From Nemertoderma westbladi (lineage: Eukaryota; Animalia; Xenacoelomorpha): DNA of 54,578 nucleotides. The notes under the pieces were generated by a model. It had not been told where the DNA came from. It worked only from the letters and a program-made list of their open reading frames with translations, and did no database searches. Both the position numbers and the translations under genes were made by a program. Within the stretch, counting starts at the first letter, position 1. The number at the start of each line of letters is the position of its first letter. The DNA is taken from positions 1-54,578 of the forward strand of contig JAUCBJ010007261.1 in the NCBI GenBank assembly GCA_032718475.1, read 5' to 3'. Below are positions 35,608 through 47,870 of this stretch, one piece after another.

Positions 35608-38443
35608 ATGTTGGAAGTAAGACAAACACCAGTATCGGGATTTTTTCAGTCTCAGTCTCATAGTAGTGAAGTGGTTGAACAAGAGGGTGGTAAAAATGAA
35701 GGTTCCCCACCATCAAAGCGAAGCTGAAGCTGCCTTGGTGAAAATTCCCACAGTGAGATTCTTGAAATTGTCAAGGATATCCAGAGTGCTGTGAAGAATC
35801 CTTCAGCAGGTCAAGGTCATCCATCCATTTCGCACATATGCCAATAAATAACACTGATCATCATGATTCAGATAGTAGGCGTAATGATGTACAATTACTT
35901 AGACTCCGAGCAGCCCAAACGTTGGTTGAAATTGTACAGCTCATCGACTGTTTTAATGAGGTGAGAGACACTGAAAACAATTTATTGTTAAGATGTGTTA
36001 TCTGTACCAGAACTGACTCTTGTTCTATGCATGTAGGTGTTTCAAAGCTTGGATATTTTAATATGGAGGAAGTACATTCAGAACTTCTTTCAAAGGGAAC
36101 AGATGTAGGGGTAGGCTGTATGACTGAGGGACCTTAAAATTCAGAGAGCATACCCTATATGGCTGACTAAACTAATATGAAGGTAAGAAATGCCCATTGG
36201 GGTAAAATTCAACAAACTGAGAAATGTGGGCAACCCGAAACATTTACCCAGTCTTATGTCGCTAGTGGCTTAAATCACTAAGCGGAAATTATCGCAAACC
36301 CGTATCAGTTAACTACACTTCCAGTCACTGTATAAAGTCGATATTGCTATCATTAAAATTCAAATTAAAATTAGTGGGGGTAGTTGTGGTCGTCTAAATC
36401 ATTCACCCAATATTTTGGAAACTACATGTAGATTTAGTTATTACTATAGGTACTAATAACTAAGGCGATTCATCTTCGGAACACCCAAATGTCAGTTTTC
36501 ATTCTTCTAGTCATTGTAAGAAGTCCTATATCCTCTTTACACCCACTAAATCAACCGTTGCAATTCAAATGGGCTCAATATTGACTTCATACGATGACTA
36601 GAAGAGTGTAAACTGACGTTGTTGAGGTAATCGTGCTCAGAGGTACAAGGTCGTAAAATATTAATGCTCCCAAATATTGGTGAAAACCAGCTAAACAACA
36701 CTGAAAAAAGTAGCCAATTTGGTCAAAAATTATAACTGAAAAACTAGCCAATTTGGTCAAAAATTATAGTGTTGATCCACTTTTTAAGCCAGCCAGTCAG
36801 AAAATATAAAATCGGGCTAAGTCTGTGATATAGGCCTATTGCAGTATTGGGATATCATTAGGATACTTCTACAAGTTGTACATCAGTACATTGCTCATTT
36901 TGGGTTCATATGATACTGTAGCAATCATTGATTTAGAGGGGGTAGATGTTGTTTCAACAAACCTTTTCATAATATATTGGCCACTTTTCACAACATTTGA
37001 CCCAAACAGCCAAAAGTGTGGTGCAGTGCAATAGGCCTACCCCATATTGACTCGAAGAGTAGTATTCTTTCTAATATGACTTGTGTTGGCCGTATAGTGT
37101 TGATTATGGGCTCATTCGACCCGCAATACCTGTGCAATGGTCGATTTAGTGGGCGTATGGCTGGTTAGCGTGGTTTTAATATCACAGTGCATCATGTGTA
37201 ATATAATATCAATTCTTTAGGTCGTACAGAGTTAATTTTTGGTTCATTTGAACCGCAATCATCAATTTAGATTTTAGATTTTAGTTTTTTTTTTAATTTA
37301 GTTAGGGTGCACTAGTTGAGCTTCAAAATATTAAGAGACGTCAAACCAACAAGTATTACATACCAATGATAAATATAACTAACAGTTAACTATACTGGGT
37401 TAAAAACTATATTCAGATATTGGCTTAAAAATATAAATAAGAATGATTTATAAAACCATGCCAACCTGTTCTTCCCACGTTAATGATTGTGATCGAATGA
37501 GCTGTTACATCAACTTCTACCCCCACTAAATCAATGATTGTGGTTCAAATGAGCCTAAAATCAGCCTTCTACGCTAAGGGGAAGTATCCGAACCATCAAA
37601 AATGCTTACTATTGAAATATACTAAGCAAATTTTCATGGGCTATAGAAGAAGTCCTCTTAAAAATGCTGCCCACATTTCTTATTTTCACTTATGACGTTT
37701 TTGACATTAATTTTAACCTACAGATACCTCTTGGATCAGGTTACAGGTATGCTCTAGCTTTTCTGGAGTTATCACTCAAAAATTCTCTCATACAGCCTAC
37801 CTCTAACAGATAGTTTCAATAAACAACCCCAGAACTATATCAATCTTAAAAAAAAAAAAAAATCTATTAGTAAAATAGATTTTAAAGAAAATACTATAGT
37901 AAAATATATCAATCTTAAAACAAGATTAATTAAGCATTTACAAGGTAGCCTGCATAAAGGAAACAGTAAGGAAGTACACCAGAATGACCTACTAGAATTC
38001 AAATGACAAAGCCACAATTAACAAGTTGGGCATTTGATTGGCACCCTTGCCTATGACAATATATATGAAGGCAAATTATTTCAAAGCTTTGAAAGAGATA
38101 TTGCAATACTTTAATGTCAGGTGTTGATGTTGGTAACAACAATCATAGCGCTAGATTTGTGATGGACATTCTTCCTGTTTTTAGAAACATAATAGAAGTT
38201 AAATGTAGGTTGGTAATAATTGAACCACTGAACTGTACTGGGAAAAGGCGCCCGATAATCCTTCTTTCCGACAAAGCAAAGATAAAGAAGGACTCTTACC
38301 ATGGCATTGGAACACTATTACTGAGAAATGGTAAATTATTCCACACATTTTATATTGGGCATCCTAAACAATCAGATGGAACACGTGAGTGTGAGGCCAT
38401 TAGTAATACTCTGATATCATCTGTTTTGCGGTGGGATAGGTAG
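35608..38443 (+). pseudogene. Decayed hAT-like transposase (N-terminal part) split by an insertion
   Basis: LRCVIC...SKGTD continues after 37805 as SFNKQPQNYINLKTRLIKHLQGSLH, then DVGNNNHSARF and LLSDK; several stops. Confidence 0.6.
36106..37805. mobile_element. Non-autonomous TIR element with TAG termini (hAT-like), apparent 7-bp TSD
   Basis: TAG(G/A)GGTAGGCTGTATGA inverted at both ends; further inverted matches (GAGCATACC, GAAATGTGGGCA); flanks ACAGATG / ACAGATA. Confidence 0.65.
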
Positions 38444-38508
38444 GTGGTTAGGAAGTTATACTATCTTATGAGTCTGACCATCGTCACATACAATACTGCT
38501 GTACTGCA

Positions 38509-39342
38509 ATGATGCCTGACTGTATTCACATATGGAATGATGTGCTCTCCTATCTTTGGGCCACACATGTTAAGGGTTATACTAAAGACTACATAGTCTC
38601 CATTGTCCAATCATGGCCGAACTTCACTGACATAATGCTCAGGGATGCTAAGTCTGCTTTGCTGCGGCTTATTCCCGATTTGGATAGAGATAAACCAAAG
38701 CAGGGATTTACGAAATCTAGCAATCTGGGGATTTTCTTTATAAAAATCTCAACGGACATATTAGATGCTTTTGAATATAAGGGATTCGTTAACAGCGAAC
38801 CTGTAGTGGATTCGGATGTAGGAATTGCAACTGCTTCCCCTTTTATACCCATTGACATTACCATACTTCCACCGTTCTCGATTTCCCACGCGGACACTTT
38901 AACTCTCCTTCAGCGAACGAGTGGGCTACAAGATCGAGTAGTCTTACTGGAAGCTATCTGCTTGCCTATCTGCCTAAAGCAGCTAGGTCTTTCTAAAGAA
39001 GTTTTAAAGTTACCTGTAAGCGATATCGGTATGGAAAATATCGGAAACGCAGTCGAACAGTTTCAGGTGCCAGGTAATAACACTAGTACCAGTACCACGG
39101 ATCCTGGTACCAGTACCAGCGACGTTAGAACGCGAATCTTCTCTTCCTCCATTGCATCGCTCCCACCACCATCACCGCACTCAGGCTCCATCATTCAGGA
39201 TGCCACAAACCAGTTGGGGCTACCAGTAGTGAAATTAATTATAGGGGTACCACTGATAATGTTACCAGTACGAGTTGGGCTGATGCCGTTTCTTCTACAC
39301 CACCACCGCCTGCGCAAGGACAAGCGGAACTTTCGGGCTTAA
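38509..39342 (+). CDS. LINE ORF1-like protein (CR1/L2-group type), 5' piece of an element
   Basis: NDVLSYL...DAKSALL...DILDAF...IDITILPP...LLQRxxxLQDRV pattern recalled from ORF1 N-termini; no ORF2 follows; C-terminus probably frameshifted. Confidence 0.55.
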   Translation: MMPDCIHIWNDVLSYLWATHVKGYTKDYIVSIVQSWPNFTDIMLRDAKSALLRLIPDLDRDKPKQGFTKSSNLGIFFIKISTDILDAFEYKGFVNSEPVVDSDVGIATASPFIPIDITILPPFSISHADTLTLLQRTSGLQDRVVLLEAICLPICLKQLGLSKEVLKLPVSDIGMENIGNAVEQFQVPGNNTSTSTTDPGTSTSDVRTRIFSSSIASLPPPSPHSGSIIQDATNQLGLPVVKLIIGVPLIMLPVRVGLMPFLLHHHRLRKDKRNFRA

Positions 39343-39852
39343 CTACTGTAGGACGAAATGGTCACCCTCTAAGACCTCCGTGTCAGCCTGCATCACAGGG
39401 GATCGTAGGACAGCGCAGTGATGGAAGGCGTCCCGAAAAAAGCCAATGCTAGAAAAATGACATTTAAATTTCATCCTTATTACAACTGACCAAACATGCA
39501 CCAAAAGTGAAAAATTTTTCAAATATAATCTACTTTTGTGGTATTGATACCTAAAGGCAAATTTTCGGCGCTGATTCCCCAAATGGCAAAATATTTGGAC
39601 ATTTATGGGTGTTTGATGGTCTTTTTTGGTGTTAAATGTGGTGCTGCACCAAAATTTAAAAATTTCAAATTTTGTGTGAAAATTACAAAAGTTGCCATAA
39701 CTCGAGAACAAAATATCTTATCGAAAAACTGATTTCAGATTCGGAATCACCATAAAATTTTACATCGTAAAATACATTAAAAAAAATATGATGAAAAAAA
39801 AGACTGAGGGTGAAGTGAACCCCCCCCCCCCCCCCCCACCCCACCCCCCCAT

Positions 39853-40267
39853 TAAAGATTTTGTGTTCAAACTGAAAAGTGCTGATTACTTATTTTTTCA
39901 ATTTTTTGTCTACGTAGAGCACTAAATAGCCATTTATAGTAATCAGATCATTTTTAAATATTTTCCAATGGATTTTGCAGAAAACCTGTATTGAAAAATT
40001 ATTAGCCGAAAATTGTAACTTTAAATTTTTTTGAAAATTGTTCACTACTTAAAATTTTGGTGCTTGCAAAATAACCACCCCAGTACATTTTTCGAAAAAT
40101 TTTTTTCAGTCGGATTCAGACTAGTGAAATCTACGTACAAAAAAAACATCTGACTGAAATTTGTAGATTTTAGAGGGGGGGGGGGGGGGGGGGGGGCAAT
40201 ATGACCCCCCCCCCCCCCCCCCCCCCCCGTTATTTGTACAACATTTTATAGCCCGGTACTAACAGGG
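39853..40267 (-). mobile_element. Partial, diverged, inverted copy of the piggyBac-type element
   Basis: Reverse complement of about 19059-19460; ends GCCCGGTACTAACAGGG|TTAA. Confidence 0.85.
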
Positions 40268-40399
40268 TTAAAAGACCAGTTTGCTTCACCTAATTGAATT
40301 CCCACATTGATGGAGTAACTTCTGCTGATGGAAATACTGTGATGGTTTGATAACAAGGGTGGATTACTTATGTCAACTTTTTCCTTGCTGTTGTGTCAC

Positions 40400-40620
40400 A
40401 TTTATCAGTAACTCATCTTGAAAGATTTGTCATCAGGTGATAAAATTGATTTGCATTCATTCCCCTGCCACACCCAGGGAGTAGAAAGACATGTCAAAGT
40501 TGTAACAGACATCATTTACATTGCTTGCGAAACGATCTGAGATGGTTATATTCAAACAAAACTTGCATCGCGGGAATTAATGCCAAGTTACAAAACCAAG
40601 AAAAACTCTGGTATCTAAAG
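40400..40620 (+). pseudogene. DNA transposase C-terminal fragment (hATm-like)
   Basis: FPCHTQGVERHVKVVT...DGYIQTKLASRELMPSYKTK. Confidence 0.55.
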
Positions 40621-42699
40621 AGAATGGCAATGAGTTAGAGGTATTTTGATTGATTGAAGTATTCAGATGTTATTAATGATGATAGCTGATGAAGTAGGCC
40701 TCTAAACTTTTGAATATTTCTGTGAAGGGGTCGGTGAAGATATTAATATTTTTTCAATTTTTTTTTTACTAAGACTCTTGGAACGATTTCACAACATTTC
40801 AACACCCGGTTTCATCAAAATTATCGAGGTACAAAGCAAATTTTAAAAAAATTTAACCTGTGAAATTGAAGCTATTCATCATTATCTTTAGTTTACAACA
40901 TGTTTGTTCTTCATGACTCTCAGAAGTTTTGACCAATAAATAAATATGTATAATAAGTAAAACTGTATGTACACTACAAAGCCCTTGAGTTCTGTCTCAT
41001 GGCATTATATTACATTATTTAATTCAAATAGTCTCCTTTTTACCTTTTTACCCCATACAAATTTCACTTATCCAGATGTACCAGCCATTCTCCAGGCATG
41101 ATTGTGCATTGTAAAGTTGTAATGTTGTAAATTGTAAATATCTCAGGACTTTAGTTTGTTTTATAATTGCCAAGTTCAACAATATATTTCAAATAAGTCA
41201 TAAACTTTTGCATGGTCATATACAATGGCAGATAAACTCAAATTGAGAGTTGGATATATATGTAAGAATTCGGAACAAAATTGTGAAAATTAAATGTGAA
41301 CACATGGATGATATGTAGTGCTCTTATCGAAAAACAAGGAATCTGAAACTGCTGGCATTGAAGAATTTGTGGGATCTATTGACCCTATCAAGTGAATATC
41401 CACTTGCTCTATAGAATAATATCCACTTCATCATCAACAAGAAGGAATATTAGAGTCTAACTACAAAAAATGCCTATGCCTAATGTTTATAATATCGCAA
41501 TCTTCAGGCCAATAAAAGGAAAATACCAAGGGTAGTTTAGTTATTAGCTGTCTGTTCCTCACAAGAAGAGATCCCCTGTGTTATGATTTATCATGTAATT
41601 ATTGTGATTTTCTACAAATTATAAAATTAAAGAAATAAATAAATACATGTCCATGAAACTGCTGTCTACCAGATTTTAAATTTCACACAAACAAAGCAAA
41701 TGTTACCACAGCAGGAAATACGAGAGCCAATGCCAAAGTTCAACAGAAGGGAGTGGGCCATTAAACTCCCAGGTTGCTGTAGGGATACTACAGTGGGAGG
41801 TGTTTGAGCTAGTTAGAGATAGGTAAGAGAAAAGATATCCAATCTGAGAAAAGGCATCTAAACTGGGATAGGGACTGTATTTTTGGTGTTAGAGATAAAT
41901 ATAAAGCACCTGGCATACTTCTTAAAGAAGATACAAAAGAAAACATTAATACATTTTATAACAGTGATGATGTTAAACATTTAAAATTCGGTTAATGAGA
42001 GATGCTTCCATGTTGTAACTGTTATAAGCTGTCAATTATTTCTCTTTGTTTTTTTTTTGCTTTTAATGTAATATATGTAATTATTCTGTCTATGGATTTA
42101 GTTCTGCAATAAATAAAATAATAATAAGAATAATTTATGTCCAGGGCAGAATGATTTCAATTCTGTCAAAACTGAAAATGGAAGGATTCATGTTAAGAAG
42201 TGGTTGGTTTTGGAAAATATAGATAAATTATATGAAATATGATCTCCAGATTGAACATGGGATCACTGTCCATCTGAGTTTTTCGAAGTTTGCATTTTTA
42301 TTAAATAATTAGTTCTAGTCTCGCTATTCATTATTTCATTTCATTCAATTCAATGCAACAGGAAACCCTTCGCCGAATTCATTGATGACGACAAGCTGGA
42401 TCAAGTGAAGCCCATACATGCCTCATGCATTGGTATTGTGCCTACCATCAACACATACTACATGTTTACCAAATGTTTCTAACATATACTGCTGTAATTT
42501 AGTCATGAAAGATAAAAATAAATCATTTGAGGAAAGCCCTGGTAATGAACATTCTTCTTCACAAACATGTTTATAAAACATAATAGTTTGTTTATCTTCA
42601 ATACTGAGTTCTGTAACAAATACTGAAACACATGTTTATCATCACTGCATCATTGATAAACATTTTCTAGATTATTTGCACGGCTTATATTAGTTAAAT

Positions 42700-42990
42700 C
42701 TTGGTGGGATATAAGATGTATGTGATCAATGTTACCATTAATGACTATGGGGATCCTCGAATATCATTGACTTTCCAACACCTAAACGCATCTTTAGTAG
42801 AGCGATCTTCTTCATTTGATGGTAAATGCGCTAAAGTTCTTTCATGCCCAAGTTGAGTTTTCCAATAAACAACTCTCACAGAATGATCCCAGTTGTATTG
42901 CGCTTTACATGTAATCCTGATGGACACAATTTATTAAGTTTCCGTGAACCTTGACTTTTCAGGCAATGCTTTCTCTTTGACATTATACAA
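42700..42990 (-). pseudogene. MULE transposase N-terminal zinc-binding remnant
   Basis: LKSQGSRKLNKLCPS, then VRVVYWKTQLGHERTLAHLP after a frameshift. Confidence 0.55.
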
Positions 42991-43160
42991 CTCTACAAAA
43001 TTTCAGCATACCTTTTGCAAAGCCAAACACAAGGCTGCAAGGCCAGAATACGTTACTATTTCTGTATTTCTAATATCAAACTAGCTAAAGTGCAACTATT
43101 AAAGTAGGTGGTACCACTACTTCAGTACTGAAGTAGTGTTGAACCACCTAGGTCCACAGG

Positions 43161-45170
43161 TAAGGTGACCAGACGTCCTGCTTTCGGCGGGACAGTCCCG
43201 CTTTGGAGTCCCTGTCCCCCGAGATGCCTGGTGGGATGCCCGATTGTCCCGCTTTGGCTGAAACGATCCTGCTTTTCTACTACTACTACTACTACTACTA
43301 GGATCGGCATGCTGCATTGCAGCTGCATTTTTAAGAATGCTGTGCCGGCTTGTCAACAAAATTGCACCGCCACAACTCCCTATCACCCATGACATTTGCT
43401 AGATCATCCGCATCTTTAAGGCCAGTGTCCTTTAAGATGCGTCTCAAGAAAGTCATGGGCTGTCCACCATGCTTATTCACTCCATGAGGCTGCCAAAGTA
43501 CAAGATTATGCACTGGCTGGTCCTCATGGCGAAAGCAATGTCCTGCAAAGCGGAGGCGATTTTGTTCTAGAGTCAAGCTTGGGGGAACCAATGAGACACC
43601 TCCAATGTTATATAGTGTCTGGTTGGAGATGTGTGCATTGTACTTGACACAATGAACCCGGCGTAGCATTCTTGTGAATGTGCCATCCAGAGATTTGGTG
43701 TCCTCAGCAGTTAGAGCCCAGCATGGACTCCCGTAGAGGAGTACTGGAACTACTGCTGCTCTAAATAAACGGACCTTAAGTTTCCGATTAATTCTCGGTG
43801 ACTTCCAAATCCTGGAAAGCCTACTCAAGGCTGCCCATGCCTTTCCCTTACGTATTCGAAGGTCCTCACATGACTTCCGGATCCATGATCCCAGGTAACA
43901 GAAGTCGTCCACATGCTCAAGCATACCATCCTTTGAGCTTATGCTCATCCGATCAGAGACTTGCTGAGGACTTTCAAAGTTAACTGTCAGAATTTTGGTC
44001 TTTCTGGAGTTAATAAAAAGACCAACACTAGAAGCAGCATGTTCTAATGAGCTGAGGAGCCGTTGGGCTCCCTCTAATGATTCTGAGAGTACTCCTAAGT
44101 CATCAGCAAAGTCTAGATCAGTTAGGTACTTGGCAGGATTTCCTCGACTTCTGGAGCCAGTAGGTGGAGTTATCATCACCCCATCATCATTATAATGATC
44201 TAAGGACATGCGTAGAACATAGTCAACCACAATAATGAACAAGAATGGTGCAAGTGTGTCTCCTTGGAGGACGCCCCATAACACTTCAAATGGTTCTGTG
44301 TCACCGTCAACAGTAGACACAAATGTTGTTGAACCATCGTATACTGATCTGATTGCTGCAATAATTTCATCAGGAATCCCATATAATGAAAGTATGCTGA
44401 ACATACGTGAGCGAGAGACTGAATCAAAGGCCTTGAAGAAGTCAACAAAGATAACAGCCAGATGCCTGTCTTTCTTTTTTGATAACTCTTCAATTATCCT
44501 TCTAAGTGCCAAAATGGGCTCCATGGTCCCACGACCTTTACGGAACCCATTCTGATTTCCACGGAGCAGTCTCTCAATGGGATCCCTGGTGCGATTTAAT
44601 AGCTGCTTTTCTAGTGAAATGTTGAATATTATTATTTTAACTCTAAACTGAACTAAACCTTACAGAACCATTTATACAACAAAAACTGACTGCCTGCATA
44701 TTACCGTTTACTGACGAACTTATGTTTAAAGATATCGAAAAAGCTTCATTAGTTTCATTTTCCTTTGACAGTTCAAACCGAATGGTGCGGTGGCTGATTG
44801 CGGCCTATTATTTCAATTTTTTAATGTTTTTCACCCTGGTGAAAAATATTTAAATGTTTAACTATTGACTTTCGGTGATTGTTTTATTAGAATAACATGC
44901 CACTGTAACCTGATCCTTTCCCTTAATTGATTATTAAGATTGGTCGAGATATTAATCGCCAAGAGTGAATCTGGATCAAAATGATAGCTTTCGATATTAC
45001 TTAAGCAATCTAACTACTGTACATGTGTTCAGAGTTATGACACATTTCTGGCGCGTTTTTCACCCGAGTCATAAATGTTTTTACCTGGGTGATAAACTGA
45101 CTTTTCTTCAGACCAAACTGGGCTCAGTTTAGGTGTCCCGCTTTGGCACTCTGTGAATCTGGTCACCTTA
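43161..45170. mobile_element. hAT (Tip100-like) MITE hosting an RTE insertion
   Basis: TIR TAAGGTGACCAGA...TCTGGTCACCTTA; TSD TCCACAGG / TCTACAGG (7 of 8); repeated GTCCCGCTTTGG subterminal motifs. Confidence 0.85.
43280..44602 (-). mobile_element. RTE LINE, 5'-truncated, open RT frame (43331-44524)
   Basis: FVDFFKAFDS, GVLQGDTLAP, DLDFADD, YLGS; (TAG)n tail; 11-bp TSD CTGCTTTTCTA (43269-43279, 44603-44613). Confidence 0.95.
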
Positions 45171-45199
45171 TCTACAGGATAATTTGAAAATGGAAACAT

Positions 45200-45629
45200 G
45201 GGCACAATGAGGATACGTGCTGTGTTTAACGTCTCCTCATCATCCACTCATCACCGGGGCAATTGTCATTATAGAAAATGCTTTTGTTGTTTCTCCTTTC
45301 TCACCTAAGGACCTTTGGACCATATCCTTCATTAAGCTCACTTTGGTCAAGGGGATGTTTCCAAGCTGCTAACTCCTCAACAGCACAACTGATATTTTTT
45401 TCATCAGCTTGGCTGAGTGCAGTGGGATGACCAGGCTCTCCCATAAGAAATGTTTTACTTAGTTATAGAGCGTTCCATAATAAGACAATCCAAAAGATTT
45501 GTACTTCTTTGCAGTTCCTTTGATACTGCACCCTAATTGGTTAACTTCTCTCAGAGCATTAGCTAGAGTTTCCAGGGTGTCATTTCTATAACATCTTGAT
45601 CCTGTCTTCCGGATATACCTATAAACCAT
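45200..45629 (-). pseudogene. pogo/CENP-B-type transposase N-terminal remnant
   Basis: MVYRYIRKT...LANALREV...SIKGTAKKY (psq-like HTH), PGHPTALSQADE...WKHPL, NCPGDEW. Confidence 0.7.
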
Positions 45630-46175
45630 GATGAAACCTAAGTCAATGAATACCTGACAGTCTGACAACAGGACAAATGCTAATAGCTAATGGGTTATAG
45701 ATTAAAATGCCACAAAGTTGTGGCATGGTTATGTTATAGGACTGTCTACCATCCTACAAAGTATCGTATTGGCAAGTAAGATAATAGGCAAAACTATAGA
45801 ATCTACCACCTATCACAGTATCATATTCCATTCTGTATTTTTAACCTATATTTTTACTCCATAATGTAGGCCTACTTATCAAATGGAAACTCAAAATCTG
45901 AAATCATTTTTTTTATAGATACACCCCCACTCGGGGTAAATTTTTTTAATTTACAAATTTCATATTTGGCCTTTTGGCGACAAACAGATCTTTATTTCAA
46001 AAATAGGTGTCATAAAATTTAAATGAAACTGAAACTAATTTAACTGTTCTCGTTTTTTGCAAGCAATAGCTGATAGATTTACCAACGAGAAAATATAAGA
46101 TTCTCATTTTGAGGTTTCACCTATCTTTCACAACATTAAAATAGCCTATATCTCTATATCTCCCCACCCACACAC

Positions 46176-46625
46176 TTAGTTAAGTTTGGTATACTGAGTT
46201 GCGCAAAGGTCATTGATCGTCTTATTTAATTACGGTTTTCTGAGTTGCACATAGTTCATTGACAACCTTAGTTATGTTCGGTTTACTCACTTGCGCAAAG
46301 TTCATTGACCGCCTTAGTTAAGTATGGTTTACTGAGTGGCACATAGTTCATTGACAATCGTAGTTAAGTTCGATTTACTCACTTGCGCAAAGTTCATTGA
46401 CCACCTTAGTTAAGTATGGTTTACTGAGTGGCACATAGTTCATTGATCGTCTTAGTTAATTACGGTTTACTGAGTGGCACATAGTTCATTGACAACCTTA
46501 GTTATGTTCAGTTTACTCACTTGCGCAAAGTTCATTGACCGCCTTAGTTAAGTATGGTTTACTGAGTGGCACATAGTTCATTGCTCGCCTTAGTTCGTTG
46601 GTTGAAGGAGTTGCCCATAGTCAAT
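46176..46625. repeat. 46-bp tandem repeat, about 10 diverged copies
   Basis: CATTG recurs every 46 bp from 46211 to 46579; alternating CACTTGCGCAAAG / GAGTGGCACATAG variants. Confidence 0.95.
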
Positions 46626-46961
46626 AGCTTAATTATGTTCAATACGTTTTATTGTTCAGGCTCATTGCATTATTTAGGAGTTATCAATAAATTACATTTT
46701 GAGTTTTTTTAGTTTTTTGAGTTTTTTTATAAAAACGGTATTATGATATAATAATATTCTTTAATTATACAAACTGTATGAATTAATACGAACACTCGAA
46801 CAGGGTTTTATAACTAAATTAAAAAACAATGCCATACCGACCTAACCGGTACATAGTAACCGCCACAATTTACAACAAGTTTCATCAGTCCCACTAAGTT
46901 CGTTGAAATTATTCATCATCCTGCATTAGTTTCTTTCGTGCCTTCTTCATTACAGTAAGTC

Positions 46962-47537
46962 TCAATATTCCGGTTGATCAGTTGGAGCTCGTAGATTTTG
47001 GATGATGTCAAATGCTTCCACAGCTTCACGTGCAGAATTCCTCGCATCGTATACACTTCTCTGGGTCTTCAAACTATGTTTCATTTGTTTGGCGACTAAA
47101 TACTGTTTTGTTACTTCGGTACTGGTGGTACTTCGTTGGTTATGAAAAGCCACTAAATGGCGATTGGCTGTTGGAGTAGGGTTCGATTTTGAGTGAGGAA
47201 GTGCAGAGCACCAAAGTGCTCTAATTGGTTTGCTTATACTATCTAGAGCAGTGCCAGAACTTGTGATGAATACATTATCAACCTTTGGTCGCTTCCTGCA
47301 TAATTGTGGCCTACCAAATAACAACCACTTCTTAAGGCGCTCGTATGTATCTCCTTGCATGACAATTTCTGCCTTTCCCGCGGATTCACTCGTTTTATGA
47401 TTCAACACATTAATTATAACCCTATTTCCATCTTTCTCTTTAATCCTCGACGTTACATCAGATAGCACCATATTGGTAAATGGTCCAGAATGGCTAGCAT
47501 TTGTGAAGTTCAACAAACAAAGCAAATATGACTGCAT
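46962..47537 (-). pseudogene. Tyrosine recombinase catalytic domain, N-terminally truncated
   Basis: VLNHKT...GKAEI, RP, VFITSSG, PTANRH, VAKQMKHSLKTQRSVY (H and Y of box II); the first catalytic Arg position appears to read H (ASHSG). Confidence 0.75.
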
Positions 47538-47870
47538 ATCGCTGAGTGGAACAGTGAGTCATCACTTCTCAGGCAATCAATTGCATTGGTAATATTGCGA
47601 ACCTTCTCTGAGCTAAAGATTTGGGCGATTTCTTCGTTTGAAGGCATACTTTCAGTCGCTTTATCAAGTGTATCTCGACTACAAACTTTAAGTGAACATC
47701 TAAAACATCTAGTACTCCTGATACAGTTACAACATGTAGAACATGTAGGCCTACCAGCCGCAGCGGTATGTTAGGCTACAAGCTTAAAACATAACATCAG
47801 AACATTGTTCTGAAATTGAAATTTGTATTGTGGTACAGTGTACATGTGTAAATGTATTTGTAAATGTATT

